A stretch of 64,000 nt of DNA from Octopus vulgaris (Eukaryota). The position numbers were made by a program, and so were the translations under genes. Location: positions 65,596,001 through 65,660,000 of the forward strand of contig OX597823.1 in NCBI GenBank assembly GCA_951406725.2. Direction: 5' to 3'. Positions 13,474 through 27,654 of this stretch are shown here, one piece after another (position 1 is the first letter of the stretch; the number at the start of each line of letters is the position of its first letter). The notes below the pieces were generated by a model that did no database searches, was not told where the DNA came from, and saw only the letters and a program-made list of their open reading frames with translations.

Positions 13474-14991
13474 CAAAAATATTGCTGCTATTTATGGTGA
13501 AGACGGTAGAAATGTACATTTGACTTGATGAGGTAGATTTAAATAAGATGCACTAATGATGAGCTGGAATAAATTCATTATTCCTTTAGCATGTTAGATC
13601 CAAGATGTAAATTTATTGCTGAAAAGCATGGGCTAAAATGCATAATCTGCATTCCTGATGTAGTTACCAACGGAATTTCATTACAACTTCCTTTCCCTAT
13701 AACATGTGTCATCGAAATCAATTATTACCAGGCGATTCTTTTGCTACATTTATAAATATTTCATTATTTTTTAAATAGAAAACTAAGGAAATATTTCTTG
13801 GAAGTAATTAAATTTCGAAACTACCAAATAGATTATTTGGAAATCTTTCGGTTTCTTGAAAGGCACTCTAAAATTGTATTTCGAGGGTGCTATTGGGGAA
13901 AAAACCCCATAGAAAGTATATACATACATAAAATGTTCTTATTTACAATTGGCCTATGTGATGTTGTATACAAAGATTTGCATTCATTGGTAATGCTCAT
14001 AAAAATGTAAACGAAATTTATAGGAAAGATAAGAAACATATGCCCAGAGATATAATACATAGTAACTAGTCTGAGTAGATATATTTGCATAGTGTACGTT
14101 TATCTCGAATTATAATGTTTGAGCAATTTTCAAATTCGATAACAGAACAATTATCCAGTATGACAACCCTATTTAGAGCATCATTGATAAACATAATCAC
14201 TTCTAGTTGTCTCCAATCTAGTATTATAATCGGAGAGTTGATAAAGTATTCCTAATTTCAAGACTGAATTTCATTTAATTCTAAAAAACTACATTTTTTT
14301 CTTTTACATATCAAGTATTGGTGAAAAACTTAATAAAAGAGATAAGAGAACAGTGCTCTGAAAATGTTACATCCAATTCTGTATATATTAGATGATAATA
14401 TTTGAAGATCAGTAGATATTTTGTAACTAGATATAAGAAACATTTTGGTTGTCAAATGCAAAGATGAGAGAATAGTGTTCTATATTGCATTTACTCCGTA
14501 CCCAGGCACATTGCCTTTGTACAGACATATTTAACTTAACGGTTCTAAAGAAGTGAACGCTAATATTCTATGATTAAATTGTTTCCGAAACAACTATCTA
14601 CAACACTCACCGTCAATGGAAATGTTAACAAAGCTGTCGGAGAAACCCGTACATGGTCACTGTATCAGCTAGAAATAGCAGAAGCATCTCTTTCGAATTA
14701 TAATTATAATGATGTATATATATATATATATTCGTGTGTGTGTGTTAACAGCAGCATATGATTTTTCTATGCACAGGGAAATGATAATTGGTCTCAGCAT
14801 ATATATTTCGTGACTCAAGTTGACCTACAGAGGCATAAACACCTAGAATTTTTTTCAAATTCTCCATTCTTGCTCCAAATATCTGATAAGCACCAACGGA
14901 ATGCTATGTTTTGTGGAATTGAATGAAGCTATAAGTATAACTTCTATCTTCCAAATGTGTTGACTGCAACATTCAGTCTTTTGTTTACTCA

Positions 14992-15072
<81 letters not shown>

Positions 15073-15905
15073 ATGTGTGCGTGTGTGTATGTATATCTTG
15101 TGTTTGTGTAGGTGCGAATATGTAGTTCTGAATTGTGGCACAGACTATTTTCAGAAAAAAAAACTCTAAAAATAGTAACAGATCTATGCGAATGGCTCCA
15201 GCCCTGCCGCAAACTAAAATGAAAACGACTCCATGTTAATGCAGTTCCACGTTTAGACACTATATAATAAATGACGATATACTTTGGCATGCAGGAAGAA
15301 TATTAAAGCGTCCGTATTGAGAAGAATTTATGGGAAAGAAAACATGTAGCAATATTTACAACAAATAGAACACGCACAATGTTCATATTAAATTTCCATA
15401 TTCCTGAAATTAGTGTTTGGACAGTTGGCTCTATTTAGTATTATAGTAAACCGGTATTCTGCTTAATATTTATATTAAGTTGGAAGCATTTATTATGTGC
15501 ATCATCGTCTAAATTACCAATAATAATAATAATAATTTCATATTTGCGAGATAAATTAATATTTGCTAAACAGAATATTTTGAAGTTATGAACATGTGTT
15601 GAATATATTAAAAGCAATGTAAAGTACAAAATGCAACAATTTTACTTCTATTATCATTTCTAGGAATATTTCTCCATCGGCATTCATTGGATAACAATTT
15701 AGTAATTTCATTATAAAATTATCGGTGTAGAAATATCTATTGTTCATATCATCGGTACGGTCGAGAATATATTGCAGAATTTCTTCAGAATATTGGAAAT
15801 TTGAGGTATGTATGCATGCATACATACATGTATATAAAAATTAATGCATTTATGTTTGTATTCTTGAATGTATGTATGTCTAACTGTACGCTTATGTGTG
15901 CATGT

Positions 15906-15937
<32 letters not shown>

Positions 15938-15957
15938 ATATATATATATATATATAG

Positions 15958-15990
<33 letters not shown>

Positions 15991-16354
15991 CATGTGTGTG
16001 TATTTGTGTGTCTGTGTAAGTCACACCCACCATCTCTTGTCAACCGTTATTAGTGCGTTTACGTCCCTGTAACGAAGCTGTTCGGCAAAGGAGACGATAG
16101 AATAAGTATTAGACATATAAGGAAAAAGTCATGGCCGCAATCAAATGACTAAAACAAATAGGAGAATAAAAGAATACACACACACACACACACATAGGTG
16201 TGTGAGTCTGTGCGGATAAATGTGTGTGTATATTGGATTATTAGGGATATTAATTTCAAGATTCAAAATAATATAAAATTGACAACTCGCGAGGCGTAAT
16301 ACTGATGCGAGACTATGTATGTATATATGTATGTATGTATATATATGTATATAC

Positions 16355-16444
<90 letters not shown>

Positions 16445-16459
16445 ATATATGTATATATA

Positions 16460-16980
16460 CAACTTGGATAAAACTAAGATAAGTTACGACCAAACATTGG
16501 TCCAGGCCATGTCTAACTTAATAGCATCCCCTGATGGAATTATCTAAATGCTTTTTAAGTCAAGTTCTTTTAATGGTCCATTGAAGTAGTGAGTTCTTGT
16601 TGAGTGAGTTGTATCCAGGTGTGGGTGCCTTATCTGTTTTTCATTGAAGAAATCTGTCCAGACTCTGTTTAAAGGTGATGGGATTCTTTTCCTCTTTCAT
16701 CAGTTTAGGGACAATATTGAACAGGGCAGGGCCTGTTGAGCAAAAGAAATTGTGTCGCAGTGTACCTATATGTTGTGATCTTGAATTGGGCAGGAGACGT
16801 ATGGTCCGTGGTCCCAGCCTTGGATGAACCTTGAAACTAATGTTCAGGTTGTTTCGGCAATGCTGGCGGTATATTCTCCAAATCGTACAAATGATGTACC
16901 GCTCGTGACGGTGCTAGAGAGAGTAGAGTTTCAAGGCTTTAAAGCGGTCTCAGTAATCGAGATAAGTTATGCCTTCAATT
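16460..16980 (-). mobile_element. 3' end of a CR1/L2-group LINE (ORF2 C-terminus pseudogene)
   Basis: Manual minus-strand translation: RFKALKLYSL*HRHERYII..GPALFNIVPK..FKQSLDRFLQ, resembling the CR1-group post-RT motif 'RLxxLxLxSLxxRRxR'. Confidence 0.7.
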
Positions 16981-17577
16981 CGTATATATATATATATATA
17001 TAAATATACATTCACGCATATTTACTTACATGCATACATACATATATACATATATATATATGCATGCATATATACACTGATATATATATTTTTTTGTGGG
17101 GCATATGTATATTCCTATTTTGTGTATGCGTATATAAATATGTCTGGGTATATACATATATGGGCGTGTGTGTGTAAGAGTGCATAAGGGCATGTCCGTA
17201 TATGAACGTGGTTTTTATGCTTTGTATACTTCCTTATGTTTTTTTTCTGTATTGCTACATTTAACCATGCTTTTTCTTGTGCTTGTGCGTATATAGACGT
17301 ATGTATGAACTTTTACGGTACGCGTGTGTGTGTATGAGTTTGTATATATATGTGTATACATTTGGCGATAAATGCGAGTGAAGCTGTGTACGTTTTCATA
17401 GGGACGTATTAGTACGCACGTGAGTCCGCGAGCGCACATGTGAGGTGAGCGTATGAGTAGCCATGCTTACTTGTTTACTATGAACTTTTAATCTTAATTT
17501 ATATAAGTAGCGGAATTATAACACAGTAATTTCCCTTTATATCACGGAATTTTTTCATAGCGTGTTTTCAGATGGCC

Positions 17578-17640
17578 AGATAACCGAAGAGATGGTGTTG
17601 TGGATTTCCACTTCGGCATCTGAAACTCAGAATTTTATCT
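17578..17640 (+). ncRNA. Degenerate hammerhead-like motif in a short pLTR-like repeat
   Basis: AGATAA-CCGAAGA-GATG..CATC-T-GAAAC-TCAGAA-TT-TTATCT. Stems I and II pair, but the core has U4->C and an extra T. Confidence 0.4.
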
Positions 17641-18052
17641 TGACTATTGTATAATGGTAACATATTAATTTACAGATAAATTTCCTCTATTTACATAATA
17701 TTAAGGTCTCTTTCTTTTGTTATCTTACCGTTTTTACCAATATATATATATATATATATACATATACATGTGTGTGTGTGTACTGGTATTTGTGTAGATG
17801 TTTAATTTTCAGTTTTTGAAGTCCTAACTTTTTTCAAAGTATTCTATGGTTTTCAAATGTTGAGATAGAAAGACGTGGAGCTATACCGCAAGTGTCTGGC
17901 AAGAATCCCAGTACATTTTCAACATTTTTTTTCTGTATTTCAACCCGTGTACAATAAAATAACTGCCTTCTTTATATGATGACGATGATGATGATAATGA
18001 TGATGATGATGATAACAGTAATGATAATAATAACAATAATAATAATAATAAT

Positions 18053-18093
<41 letters not shown>

Positions 18094-18413
18094 CATTGTA
18101 AATAGAATGAAGTCACAAATAAAGAATAAAATCTCTCTATACTACAATATTTATTAATGAAATAACTATAATAAATAATACTTAATACAAAATAAATTAA
18201 ATGATTTAAATGAGTAAAAACCACTAATTATTAAATATATTCTAAAAATCTTATATGATTAATAAATATATAAAAAAAATTATTTATATAGTAACCCCTC
18301 ATCATACTATAAAGTCTTTCTCGTGCTCTTATAGTTATAAGCTAAAATTAGTGATCATAACCAAATCTATAAATACTTATAAAAATTTGTAGTATAACTA
18401 TACATATACATAA

Positions 18414-18457
18414 ATATATGAAAAAATATACATATATATATACATATATATATATAC

Positions 18458-18488
<31 letters not shown>

Positions 18489-18760
18489 CATACATATACA
18501 TACACATATACACATACATACACACATACATACATATACATATATACATACATATATACACAGACATACACACATACACATATACACACACATACATACA
18601 TGTACATACATACAATACTCAATATATACACATACACCTATATACACACACCCACATAAATAAATGTATATACATATACATATATATATACACGCACATC
18701 AACATATACACATATATACATACACACACAACCACATATATCATATAATAAATACATATA
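18414..18760. repeat. Degenerate (TA/CA)n low-complexity tract
   Basis: Read directly. Confidence 0.9.
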
Positions 18761-19177
18761 TAAATGTCTATATTCATACTACAATACAAAATAGAGGTAA
18801 ATATTAAGTTAAATCTAAATAATTAATCTACTAATCTATACTTCTATATTAAATAAAATAGATTAAATAAACAACTAAATAAATCTATTTCAAATATAAA
18901 GAGATTACATACAAATAGATTAATATAACAAAATTATAATTTAACGAAGTTATAACAGAAATATAACAAAATATATAAAAAATAAATAAAATTATAACTT
19001 ACCAGACTCTATATTCAATAAACCATTAAATATTTATTAAAAATATATTTAGTAATAAAAAATTTAGTAATAAAATGAACAACTATATATAATCTAACTA
19101 TAATATGCAACATATGGTATAACTATAAACAGGGCAAATTTTAGTCATTTCTCCACGGCCTGAAAAAATCATGAACA

Positions 19178-19220
19178 GCCTTAATCGATTTTCGAACCTA
19201 AATGGGTTCTCATCAGAGGC
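19178..19220 (-). ncRNA. Minimal type I hammerhead ribozyme with canonical core
   Basis: Minus strand: GCCT-CTGATGA-GAACC(CATTTA)GGTTC-GAAA-ATCGAT-TA-AGGC. All core nucleotides are canonical; stem III is the palindrome AATCGATT; predicted cleavage between 19182 and 19181. Confidence 0.8.
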
Positions 19221-19551
19221 GTCTACATCACTCTCACAGTCGTCATTTGAATTACCCAGTATAAAGATAGTCGCTCCTAATAGGCAAGTGTCTCGATACC
19301 AAGAAACTATTAGAAGATCGTATCTTTATACTGTGGTCATTAAATGATATCTCTCACTAAGTGGAATACTTCTTGTTGATCTTACCTTACGGACCGGTTA
19401 TACATATACATATATAAACACACACAACCCCACACGCACGCACACTCAAACGCTCATACACACACACATATATATATAGTATCAGTGGAATTTTCGAAAC
19501 ATGTGTCGAAAGTAAAAATATTTGTTTACACCTGCGTTAATTCCATTTTTA

Positions 19552-19692
<141 letters not shown>

Positions 19693-19749
19693 ACAACCTT
19701 TCCCTTCATATCACCTTGTGATAAAGACAATTTTACATTAAGCTGAAGC

Positions 19750-20900
19750 TTTATCCAATATGTTTTTGAAGACTACATACATTTTCTGTTACACAAGTAT
19801 TATTGACTCTTATTTCAAAGCTTGTATTGCTAAACTTCGAACAGGTTGTAGTACATCCGAGAATATTTTGGCTTTATCTAATCTGTGGTAAGTTTCATTT
19901 TTCTATGGGTAGGTGGAACACTGTTGAATGATAATTATATTGTAGACTTTGTTTTGATGGGAAGATATAAAATACCTTTATTGATTAAATTTAGAAATAC
20001 GTTGTTGTTTATAATTTCTTCATACATGTTGAAATTTATAATCAGCTGTGTCTATGTAGGTATGTTATGTTCAGGTGGTAGCATTCTTTTTAGGATTCAC
20101 AGAAGAGATTATAAACAGATGAAAAGTTAACTATATATTTTGGTTGCCGTTGAGACAGATAACAGCTTTTCATTGTTTTAATAATATTCAGTAACTGTTT
20201 GTATAAGTTTCCTTGCTTCTGAATTAGATATTTTTGTAGTCTTGTACTGGATATTCTAAAGTAGATTTCCAGTCGTATCAGTCCTCTACCGCCTTCAATC
20301 TTTGCACTGTATAATATGTCTGTTTCAGTTGTCGTGTGTAGTATTCTAAATACAGTAACTATTTTCATGGTTTTCCTGCAAATTCGTTTAGTGTCCTGTT
20401 ACGAATATTATAACTGACGTAGAAAGAATAGTCATGCCTATTACGGCATCTTACTTGCAGTTAGCTGTGTTTTATGCCTTATTATAAAGTTTATAAGATT
20501 CTTCCCTTATTTTCCTTCATTTGAATCCAGTTCATTGATCTTTAAATGTATGTCTGGGTTTGATCTGGTATTCTTATTTCAATTATTTTGTACGATATTC
20601 TTCTTCCTAAGTTTTTCATTTCAACATCTCAATGGCACATGTTTTGAATCTCACATTGATTCCATTGGTAGATCTGTGTATCCTCTGCAGAAGTGTTTCC
20701 AGTTGGTTGTCAGTTGCAGTGTACAACTTTAAATCACCCATATACAAAAGCAGCTTTGTTGTTTTACGGTAATAGTTATATCCATGTCAAGTTTTGTTTA
20801 CCATATCAGTTAAAGAGTCAATGCTAAGTAGACGAAAGGAAAGAGGGTCTCCTACGAAAATTCCTCTTCTAATGGGGATGTTAATAGTTTTTCATAATTC
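19750..20900 (-). mobile_element. Decayed R4/Dong-type LINE fragment
   Basis: ORF 20090-20368 ETDILYSAKIEGGRGLIRLEIYFRISSTRLQKYLIQKQG aligns to SDIERLYIQRIEGGRGLIQLENYYKITTIGLQKYLLQKEG of the 31.9-34.0 kb ORF; IPIRRGIF remnant near 20860-20880. Confidence 0.8.
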
Positions 20901-21597
20901 CGAAACAATAGCAATATTAAGATTCAAACTCATCCCTGCAATCAAAATAATCATTATAATGTCGCAGTTCCAGCCGAGTACAGCGTGAATAAAGTTCGCT
21001 TGTCCAAATACCCGATTACAGCAGAGTGAGTTAAGATAAAAAGCCACAAACATGACTCGGCACCAACCACAATTATTTTATCTAGTTGTAGTTTAATTCA
21101 GTATCTGATCAATCAGCGGCCCTAGCTCATGATTTTGTATGTCCTGAAGCGAAGAAATTCGATATTGTGATCCACTGCTTTCTGATGATGAATTACAATA
21201 TATATATATATATATTTTCCCAAAGACCATATATTAATTTATATAAATATACTACTATCTCTAACACTCTTAAGTCATTATTTTCTTTCCATTATATTAT
21301 ATTTCAAGTAGTCCTGTCTATATTATTCTTATATATTGCTATTTACGTTTCATTAACTGTTAATGTGATTGAGAATGAGACGCACACGCTTCATGTACAG
21401 GACACAAACCCTTCAGAGATGGTTGCTAATTCACTTCGGATTCTATAGTGTTGCTGTTATTTCATGCAGGAGATAATAATACTATATGAAATATGTAGAA
21501 GAGCCTGGGACACAAGCACAATTCGTTTTTAATTTACATGATATTACATGAAGGTGATCATCTAGTTTTATACAACACCTACTGAATCTATTTCTCG

Positions 21598-21632
<35 letters not shown>

Positions 21633-21669
21633 ATACATACATATATATATACATATTCATGTATGTATA

Positions 21670-21731
<62 letters not shown>

Positions 21732-21734
<3 letters not shown>

Positions 21735-23045
21735 CGGGAAGCTTTATGAAAATAAACAAAAGACGAAGGCAGGTGGAAAACAAACGAACAATTGTATTAG
21801 TATGGCGCTCAGGAAATATAAATAAAACAAGTCTTTAACGTTTCGAGCCTACGCTCTTCAACAGAAAGATACACAGAGAGAGAAAAACACAGAAAGAAGG
21901 AGAGAAAAAAATGCGTGCAGTAGCTAACGAATCAACATGGCGATCTGATTTCGGCCAGAGGTCAAAGATCAAACATGAGACGCGAGAGCGAAATAAGGGG
22001 AGATAATAGGGTTGATAAAAGGGTTGAGGGACCAGCTAAAAGTGCGTAGGAGGGGTCTGGATGTGTGTATGTATAGGGTTGGTGTATGTATTAGTATGTA
22101 TAAGGGTGTGTGTGTGTGTGTGTGTGTATGAGAGAGTATTAGTGCGTAGGATTTGTCTGGACGTGCGTATGTATGGGGTTGGTGTATGTATTAGTATGTA
22201 TTAGTATGTATTAGTACGTATTGGTATGTATAAGTGTGTGTGTGTGTGTATGAGAGAGTATAAGTGCGTATGCGGGGTCTGGACGTGTGTATGTATAGGG
22301 TTGGTGTATGTATTAGTATGTACTAGTATGTATTAGTACGTATTAGTATGTATTAGTTGGTGTGTGTATTAGTATGGCACATCATATGTGATGTGATGTG
22401 TAAAGTCAAGTGGTGTAGTGAGGAGAAGAGGGGAGGGGGAGAAGAGGGGAGAGATAAGGGGAGGGGAAGAATAGGGGGAGGAGAGGGGGGAAGAGGAGAG
22501 GATGGGGGAGGAGGGGGATGAAGGAGGAAAGTGGGAGAGGGGGAGAGAGAAGGGGAGAGAGGGAGTGAGGGAGCAGAGGGAAGGGGAAGAGGGAGGGAGA
22601 AAGAGGGAAGAAGGGAAGGGGAGTAGGGGTGAAAGGATGAAGGACTGAAGAAGTAGGGGTCGGGGGGAAAGGATAGGTGAGGAGGGGGAGAGGGGGGTTA
22701 GATGAGGAGGGGGGAGAGTTGAGACAAAATGGCGTATAAGAGCGAAGAGAGAAGATTAATTCCTGTTCACGGCGCAAACGGGAATCCGGATGGCCTCTGT
22801 GTAAGGACAAACCGAACACAGATAGGTGTTGCAAGGAGTTACCGGTGGAGCGGAAATGGCGTGAGACCGGTGTGTCGTTCGCAAGGTGGATGTCACGAAG
22901 GTGTTCCGCGAACCGGTCAGCCAAGCGGCGTCCCGTTTGTCCGATGTACAAGGAATTGCAGAGAGAGCAAGAGATGCAATAGATAATATTGCTGGAGGTG
23001 CAGGTGAAGGAGTGGATGATGGGATAGGGTCGATGGTGGGTGCGT
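21732..23045 (-). mobile_element. 5'-truncated Penelope-like element: GIY-YIG endonuclease C-terminus, 3' UTR and pLTR
   Basis: ORF 22406-23095: FTCTSSNIIYCISCSLCNSLYIGQTGRRLADRFAEH..PVSRHF..RLRREQELIFSLRSYTPFCLN (GIY-YIG of PLEs with a CxxC insert). Terminal HHR-like motif; both ends lie in TA/CA microsatellite. Confidence 0.85.
21832..21869 (-). ncRNA. Minimal hammerhead-like motif in PLE pLTR (A6->U variant)
   Basis: Minus strand: TCTTT-CTGTTGA-A-GAGC(GTAG)GCTC-GAAA-CG-TT-AAAGA; palindromic AACGTT. Confidence 0.6.
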
Positions 23046-24069
23046 ATATACACACACACACATATATAATGTAGTATATAATGTATTTTATACAATACAT
23101 TTTTCCATACTGGATTTCACACTATCACGTTTAATACAATAACTCACTTTACGCAGAATAAAGTGAAATTCGTAATATACTGGAAGTACGACGGTGTCAC
23201 ATGAACTGCCTGAATGGATCATTATTTTTTTATACCACTTGAAAATAAATTTTTATTGATAAAAAGAATTACATATTTATCGTGAAATGGTTTATCGTTT
23301 ATATGATTTCTAAATAATCTATTACTAGTTCTTAAAATCGGATATTTCAAAAGAGGAAGTTGAAGTTAGTAAACTTATTTTTTCCTTCTTATAAATGCTT
23401 ATACTATTTATTATTGAATCTATCGCTTTTCTTAGTTATAGTTCAGTAGAGATATATGTTTATTTTATATCTCTCTACGTCATATTTTCTTTCACTTTAT
23501 TGAATTTATATCATATATCATACGCCAAAGGGAAAAGTTACATTGGTTATTAGACTTACGATATTTTATTAAATGCATAAAGTATTTTCATACCTTATAT
23601 ATAAATATATACCTGATACAATGCAATCGGTTTATGGACATGGTATATAGTACAAATTAATTAACCGTATATAATACGCATCAACATAGCTTTCCTCCAT
23701 AGCAGAATTCCATTCGGATATGGATACCACATTCCAGTTTCTATAAATAAGGCTCTTGTTTCCTTTGTTTCTTTGGCGCTGTTAATATCGTTACTTTTGC
23801 ATACCTGAAAAGATGTACGATTTCAACCTTCCAATTAAACCAATACCGAACTTTTGTTTATTTAATTTGAAATCGTCTACAGCATATTTCGTTTTAAAAT
23901 TAAATAAGATGAATATCTGGGTGCTAATTCTAGTTCGTTGAGATAACTCTGAGAAGCACGCTCAATAGGACGAGCCAACAAACGAATTTAGAAGATCTTA
24001 AGCATAATATCACTGATCCACCACAAAATACAGCTGGTGCTACGAATTACATATAATGCAGTGTAAAGA

Positions 24070-24620
24070 TTAGGTCATCAAGAACGAAATTTGTACAAAA
24101 GAAAAAAAAGGTTGCTAATGTTTTATAAATACAAGGGATAGTTTTATTCATCAATGTATGCATCCATATTGTCAATACACTTTTTGCCATTTCAGCGGTA
24201 GCTTATCCAGTCCGAAACTGTAAAAGCCTGGCAATCTAGCGTCAATAAAATCTTGGAAGGCCTGTTTTACAGCATCGTCGGAATTAAGTTTTTCCTATCA
24301 AAATGTTATCCAAATTCTGGATAAAGTGGTAGTCAGTGAGGGCAAGATCAGGTGAGTATGGTGGATGATGGAGAACTTCCAACTTCAGATCCTGTAGTTT
24401 CACCAATGTCATTTTTGCGATGTGTGGTTTGCCGTTGTCTTGCAATAAAACAGGAGTGGATCTGTTGACTAATCTAGGCTGTATTTTGTTTTGCAAGTTT
24501 CTGTATCATTTGGTCCATTTGGCTGCAGTATACTGCGGCCGTGATTGATGAGGCAGGTTTAATGAAATCATAATGTGCCAGACCATCAAACACACACCAT
24601 CATTTGTTGATGAATTTTGC
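24070..24620 (-). mobile_element. Mariner (DD34D) transposase 3' remnant
   Basis: ORF 24284-24496: LLQDNGKPH..HPPYSPDLALTDYHF; 34 residues between the 2nd and 3rd Asp. Confidence 0.85.
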
Positions 24621-24956
24621 TTTTTGGACTGTTTTAAAGTCATCAAATAAGCTCACCAAGCATCTATAAATGTTTTGTGATGTCCTGTTTTGTCCTTTCT
24701 ATGCCCGAATGTAACTATTCATAGTATAGAATCTCTTAAGTACATCTCATTGAGATTCCTGAGAGATGGCGACAATGAACAAACTGGGTGTTTTCACAAC
24801 TTTTTACCGTAAGAGGGATTTTCCCCACGGGAACTGCAGTATATTTGCCTTTAGCAGTTGAAATATATGACAAACATGTTTCAACTAACCAAAATTCTCC
24901 TCATACCTAAACACTGCTTGCACCGATGCTCTCTCTCTTTCTCTCTCGCTTTCTCA

Positions 24957-25040
<84 letters not shown>

Positions 25041-25433
25041 GTGTGTGGTCACACACATACACGCTTATATATATTTAATTAGATGTACTCATACACATAC
25101 ATGCATAGGTACGTTTGTAGGTGTATAAATGAGGTTATTATTTTATAAGTTTAAGATGAACTGGATGTTTATTAAATGGGGAATACTGATTGAGAAGAAG
25201 AATCATTTTCAGATTTCAATGTTACCATACCTGAAATTCTATTGAACCGACTGGTTGAATAAACCGTCAGATGAGGCTTAATATCCCAGCTGATACAAAC
25301 TTTACATTATATGCCATGTTTGTCTCTCTACCGCTTGAAAAGAGGTGATGGATTCTTTGCATCGCGATTTGACAAAAACAGATTGCATAAGAACCAGACT
25401 ATATGCAAATGACGAAATCAAATTTCTCGACTA

Positions 25434-25589
25434 CCGTAAATCCTCGAGTATAATCCGCCTTTGGGTATAATACGCAGGGGACATTGCTTAGAAAATATTT
25501 TTCATTTTTGACCTCGTATATAGCACGCACTAGGGATTTTGACCTTTAAATTTTGGTAAAAAATGCGGATTATGCTCGAGGATTTACGG
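25434..25589. mobile_element. 156-bp MITE of the Tc1/mariner-pogo superfamily
   Basis: 25-bp TIRs CCGTAAATCCTCGAGTATAATCCGC / GCGGATTATGCTCGAGGATTTACGG (1 mismatch), TA on both flanks. Confidence 0.85.
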
Positions 25590-26586
25590 TAATCCTAAAA
25601 GGCGATGCTCTAATATAACTGCATTTCAATGACAAAAAAGTGTGTGTAGAACTGTCTGCGTGTGTCTGTATTTATACCTCTGTGTGGCTATACGTATATA
25701 TCTAATGAATATTGTGTGTCTCTACACTCATATATTTAATGAAGTCATTAAGTTTTGAAATATAAATCTACAGTTTCTCTTAGTTTTGATAGATTTAAGC
25801 AATGTTGAGATAAATATTTCCTATTTTATGTTCGATAGCATTAAAGTCGTTTCTTTGTTTTGATTACCTTGAAAACAGACAAGTATAAGTTAATGGGCTC
25901 TCTTTAGCACATTTAAAAATATTTCAATGTGTTACAAATGCGTTGCAACTTCAATTTAATGTATCGAGTCATGTTCAAAGACGTGACGAAAATATATTTG
26001 CTGATTCACGCATACTTAGGGGCAAGAATTAATGAAATACGAACCAGCAACTGTTGAACTTCTGTCTCTTTCATAAGTAGCTTGATAAAAGAGAGTGTAG
26101 ATTTAAATGTAGAAAGCATTATTTAAAAACTTGCAGTAATTACTTACATTCCGTGAGATTTGTTTCCGTCACTTAAAAATATAATTCATTTTAATCACAA
26201 AGATTTTTCTTTGAACACTTAAGCTAACTCGATTTCCTCTTTCAATAGAAATGATTATGTATATCCTGAAAATATCACGATTTATCCAAGAGCTGAAGAC
26301 ATATATTAACGTCCAAATACATTCAATTCAAAGAGACTTTTACGCAAGCACACGCATACGCAAATACACAGACATACATGCACATACACACACACATATC
26401 TCAATAAACATATGTGAATACATGCAGCTCCATACATAGATACACTTGTATATATGTAATAAGTTAGATATCAAATGGCATAATTTAATAGGTACTTACA
26501 CTGTATGCTCATATACATGCATACATACACACGCACACATATGCTGATATTCATACGCACATACATACTTACATGTACATAAATAT

Positions 26587-26641
<55 letters not shown>

Positions 26642-26676
26642 CATTGTAATGTAATCACACACTGAAATATATGTAT

Positions 26677-26724
<48 letters not shown>

Positions 26725-27355
26725 ATTAGCATTTATATTTGCTTATATGTATTTCTGTGCTTCTTTTCATATCAGCGTGACCTTTGTCTACCTGAATAAA
26801 TTTCTGTCTGCACTTATGTGTTCACTTAATACCAAACGCAGTATGAAAATAATGGATTCGTTATGAACGGTATATGCAATTTGGAGACAATAAATATTGC
26901 CTTGCTGTGGAATATATTTCAGAACTATCTCCCTAAGTTCCTGTTATATCATCGGATATACCGGAGCTTCATGCGTTATACTGGTGTTTACAATCTATGA
27001 AATCTTGAAGAAACTAACAAAAATTTGGTTATTTCAGGATACCGTTTAATTTTATTTATATAACCTAAGGGGTTATAAATATTGGAATGTTTGTCAACTG
27101 TTAAAATGCATCTATGCACATACATAATCATACACACGCACACATGCACACATGCATGTATATATATATGTAACTATATTTTACGTTCTTCACTTCATTT
27201 CACCTATAGCATGGAGTAGTAACTTCTATCACGTACAAATACTGCAAATGTCCAAATTATCATTCGATCTCGTGATACGTTCAAAAGATTCAGAGAAATT
27301 GTGAATTTCACCGCTGTAATCCAGAGTAGAGATGCGATTGATATGTTGGTTTATA

Positions 27356-27580
27356 AGGCGGAGAGCTGACAGAATCGTTAGCACGCCTGGCAATATACTT
27401 AGCGGTACTTTGCCCGTCTATACGTTCTAGATTCAAATTCCACCGTTGTATTCAAATTCCACCGTTGTACACTTTACTTTTCCTCTATAATGGATAAAAT
27501 AAGTGCCAGTTGAGCAATGGGGTTAATTCTGTCGATTTGGCCCCTTTCCCAAAACTTATGCCAACATGTTGTCTTACCAA
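27356..27580 (+). mobile_element. SINE-like family copy (same family as 11853-12437) with a 19-bp internal tandem duplication
   Basis: AGGCGGAGAGCTGACAGAATCGTTAGCACG head; ATTCAAATTCCACCGTTGT occurs twice in tandem. Confidence 0.75.
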
Positions 27581-27622
27581 CCAATATCCCGCCCCGGACA
27601 CAGACATCTATATATATATGTA

Positions 27623-27654
<32 letters not shown>

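Noticed and set aside
22729-23100. Overlapping ORFs antisense or out of frame to the GIY-YIG region
   Set aside because: Shadow ORFs of a GC-rich retroelement sequence.
23610-23810. Possible minus-strand exon (TTTTCAG acceptor near 23806)
   Set aside because: All three frames hit stops before a convincing donor; no recognisable protein.
25262-25305. CAGATGA-GGCT..AGCT-GATAC hammerhead-like string
   Set aside because: Two core mismatches and no stem I partner.
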